A DNA stretch of 40,632 bases from a virus (lineage: Duplodnaviria; Heunggongvirae; Uroviricota; Caudoviricetes). This document shows positions 8,934 to 17,200 of the stretch, piece by piece. Below the pieces are notes generated by a model. That model did not search any database. It worked only from the letters and a program-made list of their open reading frames with translations, and had not been told where the DNA came from. The stretch lies in the IMG/VR virus record IMGVR_UViG_2541047846_000008, positions 1-40,632 of that record. One strand, written 5' to 3'. The translations under genes and the position numbers were made by a program. The first letter of the stretch is position 1; every line of letters starts with the position of its first letter.

Positions 8934-9875
8934 ATGAGCACTAAATTAACCGGCTATGTATGGGATGGTTGCGCTGCGTCAGGCATGAAGTTATCCAGCG
9001 TGGCAATTATGGCCCGCCTGGCTGATTTCAGTAATGACGAAGGTGTGTGCTGGCCATCAATTGAAACCATTGCCCGCCAGATTGGCGCGGGGATGAGCAC
9101 CGTCAGAACGGCTATCGCACGGCTGGAAGCAGAAGGCTGGTTAACGCGTAAGGCGCGTCGCCAGGGTAACCGCAATGCGTCGAATGTTTATCAGCTTAAC
9201 GTTGCGAAGCTTCAGGCAGCGGCATTTTCTCAACTGTCAGATTCTGACCCGTCAAAATCTGACGCATCAAAATCTGACCAGTCAAAATTTGATGCGTCGA
9301 AATCTGGCAAAAAAGCGGGTTTTCACCCGTCAGAATCTGGCGGGGATCCGTCAGTAAAATCAAAACATGATCCGTCAGATAAAAAAACTTCTCGTCCGGA
9401 CGCTTCGCAACCGGACACGCAGACGGCTGAACAGGAGTTTTTAACTCGCCATCCTGATGCGGTTGTATTCAGCCCTAAAAAGCGCCAGTGGGGAACGCAG
9501 GATGATTTGACCTGCGCACAGTGGCTCTGGAAAAAAATCATCGCCCTGTACGAGCAGGCCGCCGAATGTGACGGCGAGGTGGTTCGTCCCAAAGAACCGA
9601 ACTGGACAGCCTGGGCAAACGAAATTCGCCTTATGTGTGTGCAGGATGGTCGTACTCACAAACAAATCTGCGAGATGTACAGCCGCGTCAGCCGCGATCC
9701 GTTCTGGTGCCGTAACGTGCTCAGCCCGTCGAAGCTGCGGGAAAAATGGGATGAGCTTTCCCTGCGCTTATCGCCGTCCGTCAGCACGTACACCGAAAAA
9801 CGCGAAGACCCGTACTTCAAATCCAGTTACGACAACGTGGACTACAGCCAGATCCCGGCAGGATTCAGGGGGTGA
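8934..9875 (+). CDS. Replication initiation protein (N-terminal HTH, central repeat linker, DnaT-like C-terminal region)
   Basis: N-terminal HTH typical of phage replication initiators; SKSD-type pentapeptide repeats encoded by DNA iterons. Confidence 0.65.
   Translation: MSTKLTGYVWDGCAASGMKLSSVAIMARLADFSNDEGVCWPSIETIARQIGAGMSTVRTAIARLEAEGWLTRKARRQGNRNASNVYQLNVAKLQAAAFSQLSDSDPSKSDASKSDQSKFDASKSGKKAGFHPSESGGDPSVKSKHDPSDKKTSRPDASQPDTQTAEQEFLTRHPDAVVFSPKKRQWGTQDDLTCAQWLWKKIIALYEQAAECDGEVVRPKEPNWTAWANEIRLMCVQDGRTHKQICEMYSRVSRDPFWCRNVLSPSKLREKWDELSLRLSPSVSTYTEKREDPYFKSSYDNVDYSQIPAGFRG
9237..9311 (+). repeat. Iteron array (five 15-bp phased repeats, core TCAAAATCTGAC), candidate origin of replication
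   Basis: tcagattctgacccg / tcaaaatctgacgca / tcaaaatctgaccag / tcaaaatttgatgcg / tcgaaatctggcaaa, with degenerate copies to about 9389 and an A-rich tract. Confidence 0.55.
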
Positions 9876-10366
9876 TCATGAGTCTTTTGAATGAAGTTCA
9901 GAAATTCATTGAAGCCCATCCGGGGTGTACTTCCGGAGACATTGCGGATGCTTTTGCAGGTTACTCACGGCAGCGCGTTCTGCAGTATGCAAGCAAGTTA
10001 CGTCAGAGTGGGCGTGTGGCTCACCGTTGTGAAGGAGATACACGCAGACATTTCCCGCGCCTGACTGAGAGAGCGAAGGAGCTGGAACCACAACCAGTTC
10101 GTGAAACCAGACCTGTGCGCAATTTCTATGTCGGCACTAACGATCCACGGGTGATTTTGTGCCTGACCCGCCAGGCTGAAGAACTGGAGTCCAGGGGCTT
10201 ATACCGTCGTGCTGCAACGGTGTGGATGGCGGCATTCCGTGAAAGCCACTCCCAGCCAGAACGAAACAATTTTCTGGCACGTCGTGAGCGGTGCTTACGG
10301 AAAAGCAGCAAGCGCGCTGCATCGGGTGAAGAGTGGTATCTGTCAGGGAATTTCGTGGGGGCTTAA
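9872..10366 (+). CDS. Putative regulatory protein with PerC-like C-terminal motif
   Basis: 164-aa ORF with ATGA overlap; motif AEELESRGLYRRAATVW resembles PerC/Pch activators (from memory). Confidence 0.35.
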   Translation: MIMSLLNEVQKFIEAHPGCTSGDIADAFAGYSRQRVLQYASKLRQSGRVAHRCEGDTRRHFPRLTERAKELEPQPVRETRPVRNFYVGTNDPRVILCLTRQAEELESRGLYRRAATVWMAAFRESHSQPERNNFLARRERCLRKSSKRAASGEEWYLSGNFVGA

Positions 10367-11019
10367 TGAGTAATAAATATTGCCAGGCGCTGGTGGAACT
10401 GCGGAACAAACCAGCCCATGAACTGAAGGAAGTGGGCGATCAGTGGCGCACGCCGGACAACATTTTCTGGGGAATTAACACCCTGTTTGGCCCGTTTGTT
10501 CTGGATCTGTTCACTGACGGTGATAACGCCAAATGTGCTGCGTATTACACGGCGGAAGACAACGCGCTGGCGCATGACTGGTCAGAACGTCTTGCGGAGC
10601 TTAAAGGGGCTGCCTTTGGTAATCCCCCATACAGCCGCGCCAGTCAGCATGAGGGGCAATACATCACCGGCATGCGTTACATCATGAAACATGCCAGTGC
10701 CATGCGTGATAAGGGGGGGCGCTATGTTTTCCTGATCAAAGCTGCCACCAGCGAAGTGTGGTGGCCGGAAGATGCGGACCATATTGCTTTTATTCGAGGG
10801 CGTATTGGTTTTGAACTGCCTGCCTGGTTTATCCCGAAAGACGAGAAGCAGGTACCGACAGGCGCTTTCTTCGCTGGTGCTATTGCTGTTTTCGACAAGA
10901 CCTGGAAGGGACCGGCAATCAGCTACATCGGGCGCGATGAACTTGAGGCATGTGGTGAGGCCTTTCTGGCGCAGGTTCGCCAGCAGGCAGAAAAACTGGT
11001 CAGGGAGATGGCGGCATGA
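10366..11019 (+). CDS. Phage DNA N6-adenine methyltransferase (Dam-like), orphan
   Basis: NPPY catalytic motif (GNPPYS); start overlaps upstream stop; no restriction partner in window. Confidence 0.8.
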   Translation: MSNKYCQALVELRNKPAHELKEVGDQWRTPDNIFWGINTLFGPFVLDLFTDGDNAKCAAYYTAEDNALAHDWSERLAELKGAAFGNPPYSRASQHEGQYITGMRYIMKHASAMRDKGGRYVFLIKAATSEVWWPEDADHIAFIRGRIGFELPAWFIPKDEKQVPTGAFFAGAIAVFDKTWKGPAISYIGRDELEACGEAFLAQVRQQAEKLVREMAA

Positions 11020-11342
11020 CGACGTTAACTCAATGCCAGCAGCAGGTGCTGGATATGCTGATTTCTTATCAGAAAGAACGTGGCTTCCCGCCAACCAATC
11101 AGGAGGTGGCAACCATGCTGGGATACCGTTCAGTGAATGCAGCGGTGGAGCATCTTCGCGCACTGGAGAAAAAAGGCGTCATCACGATAAAGCGTGGTGT
11201 GGCCCGGGGGATCACGCTTCATACCGCAGTGAAGGACGACGACAGCGAAGCGGTCGGGATTATCCGCTCACTGCTTGCCGGTGAGGAAAACGCAAGGCTG
11301 CGTGCAACTCACTGGTTACATGAGAGAGGCCTGAAAGTATGA
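11016..11342 (+). CDS. LexA N-terminal DNA-binding-domain-like protein lacking the peptidase domain
   Basis: Pattern LTxxQQxVLDxxxxxxxxxGxPPTxxExAxxLGxRSxNAAxEHLxALxxKGVIxI matches the LexA winged-helix domain; 108 aa, no S24 domain. Confidence 0.65.
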   Translation: MTTLTQCQQQVLDMLISYQKERGFPPTNQEVATMLGYRSVNAAVEHLRALEKKGVITIKRGVARGITLHTAVKDDDSEAVGIIRSLLAGEENARLRATHWLHERGLKV

Positions 11343-11728
11343 AGCTGATCCTGCCTTTCCCGCCCAGCGTGAACACGTACTGGCGACACCCCAACAAAGG
11401 GGCATTTGCTGGTAAGAGCCTGATAAGCGCGGCGGGGCGAAAATTTCAGAGCGCGGCGTGTGCAGCAATAGTTGAGCAGTTACGTCGTCTGCCAAAACCA
11501 ACGTCGGCACCTGCTTCAGTGGAGATCGTGTTGTTTCCTCCGGATAACCGGATCCGCGATCTGGACAACTATAACAAGGCGCTGTTTGACGCCCTGACCC
11601 ACGCGGGTGTGTGGGAAGACGACAGTCAGGTGAAAAGAATGCTGGTGGAGTGGGGACCGGTTATCCCGGAAGGGAAGGTCGAGATCACTATCAGTAAGTA
11701 CGAGAAAACGGCGGGTGCAGCCGCCTGA
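11339..11728 (+). CDS. rusA: Holliday junction resolvase RusA
   Basis: 129 aa; LPxPPSxNxYWRH, DLDNYxKAxxDALT and WxDDSQV motifs characteristic of RusA. Confidence 0.85.
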   Translation: MKLILPFPPSVNTYWRHPNKGAFAGKSLISAAGRKFQSAACAAIVEQLRRLPKPTSAPASVEIVLFPPDNRIRDLDNYNKALFDALTHAGVWEDDSQVKRMLVEWGPVIPEGKVEITISKYEKTAGAAA

Positions 11729-11747
11729 TTAAGAGGAGAAACGAAGT

Positions 11748-12557
11748 ATGAATAATCTGATGGTCATTGATGGTATTGAAGTTCGTCGTGATGCTTATGG
11801 GCGTTACAGCCTGAACGATCTGCATCGCGCAGCAGTAGCATCTGGTGCAAATGCCAGAACCAAGGAGCCGGGAAAGTTTCTTTCCAGCCAACAAACTGTT
11901 GAGCTTGTTCATGAATTGACCAACACCCAGAATTTGGGTGTTGACCCGGTGAGTGTGATTCATGGGGGAAATGAACGGGGAACGTATGTCTGCAAGGAAC
12001 TGGTGTATGCCTATGCAATGTGGATCAGCCCGTCATTCCATCTGAAGGTGATCCGTACTTTCGATATGGTAACCAGCGCACCGGAAAAATTATCCGGACA
12101 GGCTGCTGACAAGATGCAGGCTGGCGTGATCCTGCTGGACTTTATGCGCCGGGAATTAAACCTGTCTAACTCTTCAGTGCTTGGTGCCTGTCAGAAACTC
12201 CAGGAGGCTGTTGGCTTACCGAATCTGGCACCGCGCTATGCCATTGATGCTCCTGCTGACGCGCCTGATGGCTCAAGCCGCCCCACGCTGTCACTGAGTG
12301 CACTGCTGAAGCAGTATGGTATCCGCCTGACAGCTAATCAGGCATATCACCAGATGGTGAAACTGGGGATCGTCGAGCAGCGCGAACGATACAGCCGTAC
12401 CGCGATTAACAACATCAAAAAATTCTGGTCGCTGACAGCGAAAGGTTGCATGTTCGGCAAGAACATCACCAGTCCCGCAAATCCGCGCGAGACGCAGCCG
12501 CATTTCTTCGAATCCCGATTCCCTGAGCTGTTAAAGCTGCTCGATACCGTTCATTGA
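11748..12557 (+). CDS. KilA-N domain protein (antirepressor-like)
   Basis: N-terminal KilA-N-like segment; strong RBS GAGGAG. Confidence 0.55.
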   Translation: MNNLMVIDGIEVRRDAYGRYSLNDLHRAAVASGANARTKEPGKFLSSQQTVELVHELTNTQNLGVDPVSVIHGGNERGTYVCKELVYAYAMWISPSFHLKVIRTFDMVTSAPEKLSGQAADKMQAGVILLDFMRRELNLSNSSVLGACQKLQEAVGLPNLAPRYAIDAPADAPDGSSRPTLSLSALLKQYGIRLTANQAYHQMVKLGIVEQRERYSRTAINNIKKFWSLTAKGCMFGKNITSPANPRETQPHFFESRFPELLKLLDTVH

Positions 12558-12558
12558 G

Positions 12559-13554
12559 GTGACCGTGAGAGCACTACTGACCCCTGAAATTGCCCCGCGT
12601 ATGGGGATCGTATTGTTCAGGCCAGGTTCAGAGCTGATGCCCCTGTTTATGCAGGGGCGTGTTCTGCTGGAGCCTGAGCCGGAACGTTATTCATCTTTCG
12701 CCAGTGGTGCCGTTCCGGCGGCATCACAACCGCTGGCGGATGATCCTGCCGTTCGGGCCGTGTTCCGCAATGAGGCAGTGATCCGTCGTGCTGGTGGCGT
12801 GGAATGTCTTGAAAGCTGGTTACTTCGTGAAAAAGGCTGCCAGTGGCCTCATTCCGACTGGCACAGCGAGAACATGACCACAATGCGACACGCTCCGGGC
12901 GCAATCCGTCTGTGCTGGCACTGCGATAACCAGCTGCGCGATCAGTTCACGGAACGGCTGGAATCAATGGCAACGGATAACTGTGCCCGCTGGGTGTTGT
13001 CTGTTGTGCGTCGGGATCTCGGTTTTGATGACAGTCACGTTGTGACAATGCCGGAACTGTGCTGGTGGCTGGTTCGTAATGATCTGGCGGATGCCTTACC
13101 GGAAAGCGCAGCCCGTAAGGCACTGAGATTACCGAATCCTGTTGTGCCGTCTGTCACCCGGGAAAGTGACCTTGTGCCTTCGGTTCCTGCCACCAGCATC
13201 ATCCAGGATAAGGCGAAAAAGGTGCTGGCGCTGAAAGTGGATCCGGAGTCGCCGGAGTCTTTTATGTTACGCCCAAAACGTCGCCGCTGGGTTAATGAAA
13301 AGTACACGCGCTGGGTTAAGACACAGCCGTGCGCATGTTGTGGAAAGCCTGCTGATGATCCTCACCACCTGATAGGCCACGGTCAGGGGGGAATGGGTAC
13401 AAAAGCGCATGACCTCTTTGTGTTGCCTTTGTGCAGAAAGCATCACGACGAGCTGCATGCGGATACCGTGGCATTTGAAGAGAAGTATGGCTCCCAGCTG
13501 GAGCTGATATTTCGTTTTATCGATCGTGCGCTGGCAATAGGCGTACTGGCGTAA
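12559..13554 (+). CDS. DUF968-family protein with C-terminal HNH-like zinc motif (GTG start)
   Basis: C-terminal CACCG..HHLIGHG..CRKHHDELH motif; nin-region position. Confidence 0.55.
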   Translation: MTVRALLTPEIAPRMGIVLFRPGSELMPLFMQGRVLLEPEPERYSSFASGAVPAASQPLADDPAVRAVFRNEAVIRRAGGVECLESWLLREKGCQWPHSDWHSENMTTMRHAPGAIRLCWHCDNQLRDQFTERLESMATDNCARWVLSVVRRDLGFDDSHVVTMPELCWWLVRNDLADALPESAARKALRLPNPVVPSVTRESDLVPSVPATSIIQDKAKKVLALKVDPESPESFMLRPKRRRWVNEKYTRWVKTQPCACCGKPADDPHHLIGHGQGGMGTKAHDLFVLPLCRKHHDELHADTVAFEEKYGSQLELIFRFIDRALAIGVLA

Positions 13555-13567
13555 GTGGAGAACGAGC

Positions 13568-14320
13568 ATGAACCTTGAAGCCTTACCAAAATATTACTCC
13601 CCAAAATCTCCAAAATTGAGCGATGACGCACCGGCGACAGGCTCAGGTGGTTTAACGATTACGGATGTGATGGCTGCGCAGGGGATGGTGCAGTCGAAAG
13701 CACCGCTTGGGTTTGCCTTATTCCTGGCAAAAGTTGGTGTTCAGGATCCTCAGTTTGCGATTGAAGGTCTGCTCAATTACGCGATGGCACTGGATAACCC
13801 GACATTGAATAAATTGAGTGAAGAAACCCGGTTACAGCTCATCCCTTACCTTGTGAATTTTGCCTTTGCTGATTATTCCAGGTCTGCGGCAAGTAAGGCT
13901 CGCTGTGAGCATTGTGCTGGTACTGGATTTCATAATGTATTGCGCGAAGTGGTGAAACACTCCAGAAGCGGGGAATCAGTTATCAAGGAAGAGTGGGTGA
14001 AGGAACTATGTCAGCATTGTCATGGTAAGGGAGAAGTCAGCACAGCGTGCAGAGGGTGTAAGGGTAAAGGTATTGTCCTGGATGAAAAAAGGACCCGGCT
14101 TCATGGCACGCCTGTTTATAAGATTTGTGGGCGTTGCAATGGAAACCGGTTTAGCCGTTTACCAACCACACTGGCGCGGCATCATGTCCAGAAGCTGGTA
14201 CCAGACCTGACGGATCATCAGTGGTACAAAGGATATGCAGATGTCATTGATAAACTGGTGACAAAGTGCTGGCAGGAAGAAGCATATGCTGAGGCGCAAT
14301 TAAGAAAAGTGACAAGATAA
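13568..14320 (+). CDS. Late-gene antiterminator Q-like protein (zinc-binding)
   Basis: Four CxxC pairs; sits immediately upstream of the pR'-like promoter, tR'-like terminator and lysis cassette. Confidence 0.55.
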   Translation: MNLEALPKYYSPKSPKLSDDAPATGSGGLTITDVMAAQGMVQSKAPLGFALFLAKVGVQDPQFAIEGLLNYAMALDNPTLNKLSEETRLQLIPYLVNFAFADYSRSAASKARCEHCAGTGFHNVLREVVKHSRSGESVIKEEWVKELCQHCHGKGEVSTACRGCKGKGIVLDEKRTRLHGTPVYKICGRCNGNRFSRLPTTLARHHVQKLVPDLTDHQWYKGYADVIDKLVTKCWQEEAYAEAQLRKVTR

Positions 14321-14351
14321 ATGATTTTCGCCGAAGATGGCGACATGATGC

Positions 14352-14389
14352 TTGCATTTTTCAAAAAATCTGGTTAGGATTTTCCTAAC
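14352..14389 (+). promoter_or_regulatory. Candidate late promoter (pR'-like) with adjacent hairpin (possible qut region)
   Basis: TTGCAT, 17-bp spacer, TAGGAT; overlaps perfect hairpin GTTAGGA-TTT-TCCTAAC. Confidence 0.4.
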
Positions 14390-14430
14390 GATGGGCTTTG
14401 TATGTCTGCCGTTAACGAAATCATAACAAA

Positions 14431-14451
14431 CCTCGCTTCGGCGGGGTTTTT
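14431..14451 (+). terminator. tR'-like Rho-independent terminator downstream of the late promoter
   Basis: CCTCGC-TTCG-GCGGGG stem with UUCG tetraloop followed by TTTTT. Confidence 0.6.
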
Positions 14452-14470
14452 GCTTTTCTGGAGGTCAATA

Positions 14471-14728
14471 ATGCAGGGCGAAAAGCAGCAGCCATATTTT
14501 TTTAACCCTGGTATGACTGTTGAACAGCTTGAAGACTGGCTGGAGCAGCAAAAGCTTCATCTAAGCCGCTATAACCGTCTGGTAAAAGAAAAAGCAGAGC
14601 TTGAAGAACGGCTCAGTGATATTTCTGTGGAAATTGAACGAATGTCTGCTGGTGGTTTTAACGGAAAGTTGAGTTTCCCCTGGGAGTCAAGTTCGCTTCT
14701 GAGAAATCATCAACAGGGTAGTGTTTGA
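14471..14728 (+). CDS. Small hypothetical protein (85 aa, coiled-coil-like) between tR' and holin
   Basis: Internal ATG with GGAGG RBS just after the terminator; the track ORF start at 14402 would overlap the terminator. Confidence 0.4.
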   Translation: MQGEKQQPYFFNPGMTVEQLEDWLEQQKLHLSRYNRLVKEKAELEERLSDISVEIERMSAGGFNGKLSFPWESSSLLRNHQQGSV

Positions 14729-14807
14729 CTGAAATAATAAACAGACTGTCATTAAGATCCCTTCCCCTCATATCTGAGAGGACCAACAGCAATTAAGAGG
14801 GGGCTAA

Positions 14808-15194
14808 ATGTCCGATCCGATTTCCGGTACTTGGCTGGCTGGTGGTGCCCTGACGGGTGCCAGTGTTTATGGACTGCTGACCGGAACTGATTACGGCGTT
14901 GTATTTGGCGCATTTGCAGGGGCTGTATTCTACATAGCAACAGCAGCAGATCTGAGTGCATCGCGCCGGCTGGCATATTTTATCGTGTCATATATTGCCG
15001 GGATTCTTTGCTCTGGGTTGGTTGGCTCCAAGCTGGCGAACTTGACCGGATACAGTGATAAACCTCTGGATGCTATTGGTGCCGTAATCGTCTCTGCTTT
15101 AGCCGTTAAAATCCTGACGTTCCTGAATAATCAGGATATCGGCTCGCTGGTGGCGCTCATAACGCGCCGGGGAGGTTCAGGTGGAGCTAAATGA
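14808..15194 (+). CDS. Putative holin (multi-pass membrane protein)
   Basis: 128 aa, Gly/Ala-rich hydrophobic segments; strong RBS; first gene of lysis cassette. Confidence 0.6.
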   Translation: MSDPISGTWLAGGALTGASVYGLLTGTDYGVVFGAFAGAVFYIATAADLSASRRLAYFIVSYIAGILCSGLVGSKLANLTGYSDKPLDAIGAVIVSALAVKILTFLNNQDIGSLVALITRRGGSGGAK

Positions 15195-15462
15195 CCCGAC
15201 AGCAACTATAAATGCGCTGTTATGTGCTTGTGTTGTTATTACTCTGATGTTTTATCGTCGTGGTGATTCGCGGCATCGTCCTTGGGTTTCACGTTTAGCC
15301 TGGTTGATTACTGTTACATACAGTGCTGTTCCGTTGGCCTATCTCTGTGGGATTTATCCCCATTCCTCATGGCCCATTATCGTGGCGAATACTATTTTTC
15401 TTTCCGTGCTGGTGGCCGTCAGAGGCAACGTTGCACGTCTGGTTGATCATCTGAGGCACTAA
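15181..15462 (+). CDS. Small membrane protein (holin or antiholin partner)
   Basis: 93 aa with hydrophobic helices; overlaps flanking lysis genes. Confidence 0.45.
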   Translation: MELNDPTATINALLCACVVITLMFYRRGDSRHRPWVSRLAWLITVTYSAVPLAYLCGIYPHSSWPIIVANTIFLSVLVAVRGNVARLVDHLRH

Positions 15463-16076
15463 TGAACCAACAATTATTTCAAAAGGCGGCTGGTATTAGC
15501 GCCGGGCTGGCTGTGCGCTGGTTTCCGCACATTGATGCGGCGATGAAGGAATTCGGCATTACAGCACCAGCGGATCAGGCGATGTTTATCGCTCAGGTAG
15601 GCCATGAGTCGATGGGGTTTAGCGCCGTAGTTGAAAATCTTAACTACACACCATCTGCGCTTGTGGCGACGTTCGGAAAGAGGATCACACAGCAGCAGGC
15701 TGATGCCCTTGGCAGAACATCCGGACATGCAGCTCGTCAGGATGCTATTGCCAATCTGGTGTATAGCAACCGACTGGGTAACAAAGCACCAGGTGATGGC
15801 TGGAAATATCGTGGTAGAGGATTAATTCAAATCACTGGCCTCCATAATTATCGCATCTGTGGCGCGGCGCTGAAGTTAGATCTGGTGACTTCACCTGAAC
15901 AACTGGAACAGGAACTACAGGCTGCGCGCTCAGCTGCATGGTTCTACACCTCTAAAGGCTGCATGATCTACGGTGCCGATATTAACCGTGTTACGCGCAT
16001 CATTAACGGCGGTCTGAACGGTATTGAGGATCGTAAGGTCCGATACAACAAGGCGCGGGCGGCGCTGCTGGTATGA
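15462..16076 (+). CDS. Endolysin (glycoside hydrolase family 19 / lysozyme-like)
   Basis: 204 aa; motifs FIAQVGHES and YRGRGLIQITG typical of GH19-type endolysins. Confidence 0.8.
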   Translation: MNQQLFQKAAGISAGLAVRWFPHIDAAMKEFGITAPADQAMFIAQVGHESMGFSAVVENLNYTPSALVATFGKRITQQQADALGRTSGHAARQDAIANLVYSNRLGNKAPGDGWKYRGRGLIQITGLHNYRICGAALKLDLVTSPEQLEQELQAARSAAWFYTSKGCMIYGADINRVTRIINGGLNGIEDRKVRYNKARAALLV

Positions 16077-16507
16077 AGATGAGTTATTGGGCGCTCATTT
16101 TAACGTTTATTGCTTGTGTCGCTGGTGGTCTTGTCTGGTCAGCGAATCACTATCATGGAAAGTTTCTGGAGGAGCAGAAGCGTGCTGATGCTGCGGAACA
16201 GCGAGCTGATTCTACTGAGGCTATCACCGCGAATGTTCTGCGTACTATGGCAATAACGAACATCATTCAGGAGGCGAATCAACATGCAAAACAGCAGATC
16301 GCACTGGAGTCACAGAGAACCCAGGAAGATATCAAAGTGGCTGTTGCGGATGATGATTGTGCTTCACGTCCTGTGCCTGCTGCCGCTGCTGACCGGTTGC
16401 GGAAGTACGCGAACAGTTTACGTAACAGTACCTCCAATTCCGCTTCCAGCTACTCTGACTTTGGAAACGCCAGTACCGCACATACCAGATACCCTGACCT
16501 ATGGTGA
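16073..16507 (+). CDS. Rz-like inner-membrane spanin (i-spanin)
   Basis: N-terminal TM helix then charged coiled-coil region; follows endolysin. Confidence 0.7.
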   Translation: MKMSYWALILTFIACVAGGLVWSANHYHGKFLEEQKRADAAEQRADSTEAITANVLRTMAITNIIQEANQHAKQQIALESQRTQEDIKVAVADDDCASRPVPAAAADRLRKYANSLRNSTSNSASSYSDFGNASTAHTRYPDLW

Positions 16508-16598
16508 CAGCCTGGAGTTGAATGTGAGTCTGTTGTCGGCGTTGGAACAGTGTAATTTTGATAAAGCGACAATAAAAAGTATTGATGCTAACAAGTAA
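16350..16598 (+). CDS. Rz1-like outer-membrane lipoprotein spanin (o-spanin), nested in and extending beyond Rz
   Basis: Alternate frame within Rz; signal peptide with lipobox LLTGC; Pro-rich mature region. Confidence 0.65.
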   Translation: MMIVLHVLCLLPLLTGCGSTRTVYVTVPPIPLPATLTLETPVPHIPDTLTYGDSLELNVSLLSALEQCNFDKATIKSIDANK

Positions 16599-16660
16599 AA
16601 GAGCCTGCACCTTTATAGAGATGATTCCATGTTAATATCGCTCCTCTAACGGGAGGCATT

Positions 16661-17152
16661 ATGATGGATTGGAATATGTGGTCTGCTATTGGGGCTTGTG
16701 GTTCGGCTATCGCGTCTTTTGGGGCGTTGTGTTATGCCCGTAAGGCGTTAAACACATGGAATAGACAGGAGCAATTTAAAGTAAAGTTAGAGTTTAAGAG
16801 AGCTTTACTTCAGTTGGAGGATGCCTTTGAGGCAATGCCTGATAATTGGAATTCCGTACAGTATAGAATAGCCAAAACATTTGCGTCTCAGAGGGGCAAC
16901 GATATATATAATGGAGTTGTTGAGGCTGAAAAACAGCTGTTTTATAAAAAACAAAACCTTAATTTAGCGTACGGACATTCCGTACAGGCATGGGTTTTGT
17001 GTGAAGAACTGTTTAAAGACAATACTATTCATGATGAATGGAAAGCTTTCAGAATTAGTTATGATAATTACATTCTGAATGGTGGGAACAAAAATGATTA
17101 TTTGCCAATGATAAAAAATATATATTCAAAAATTCCTGTGTTTAATGGTTGA
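16661..17152 (+). CDS. Membrane-anchored hypothetical protein (AT-rich moron between lysis and packaging)
   Basis: 163 aa; one N-terminal TM segment then soluble domain; GGGAGG RBS; AT-rich. Confidence 0.6.
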   Translation: MMDWNMWSAIGACGSAIASFGALCYARKALNTWNRQEQFKVKLEFKRALLQLEDAFEAMPDNWNSVQYRIAKTFASQRGNDIYNGVVEAEKQLFYKKQNLNLAYGHSVQAWVLCEELFKDNTIHDEWKAFRISYDNYILNGGNKNDYLPMIKNIYSKIPVFNG

Positions 17153-17200
17153 TTTCTATACGAAATGGACAATATGTTCCATCTTTTTTAGGGAAATTAT

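Noticed and set aside
9237-9389. Tandem repeats considered as a CRISPR-like array or VNTR
   Set aside because: Repeats are 15 bp, contiguous and in frame within a coding region, with no spacers; iterons encoding a linker fit better.
10582-11163. 193-aa minus-strand ORF antisense to the methyltransferase and LexA-like genes
   Set aside because: Fully overlaps well-supported plus-strand genes and has non-coding-like composition; this is an antisense artefact, as are many other antisense ORFs in the track (for example 20087..20602, 21923..22285, 24350..24940, 30587..31084, 32814..33272).
14321-14470. tRNA genes between the Q-like gene and the lysis cassette, as in Stx phages
   Set aside because: No cloverleaf-compatible sequence or T-loop consensus is visible; the hairpins fit a promoter-associated stem and a terminator.
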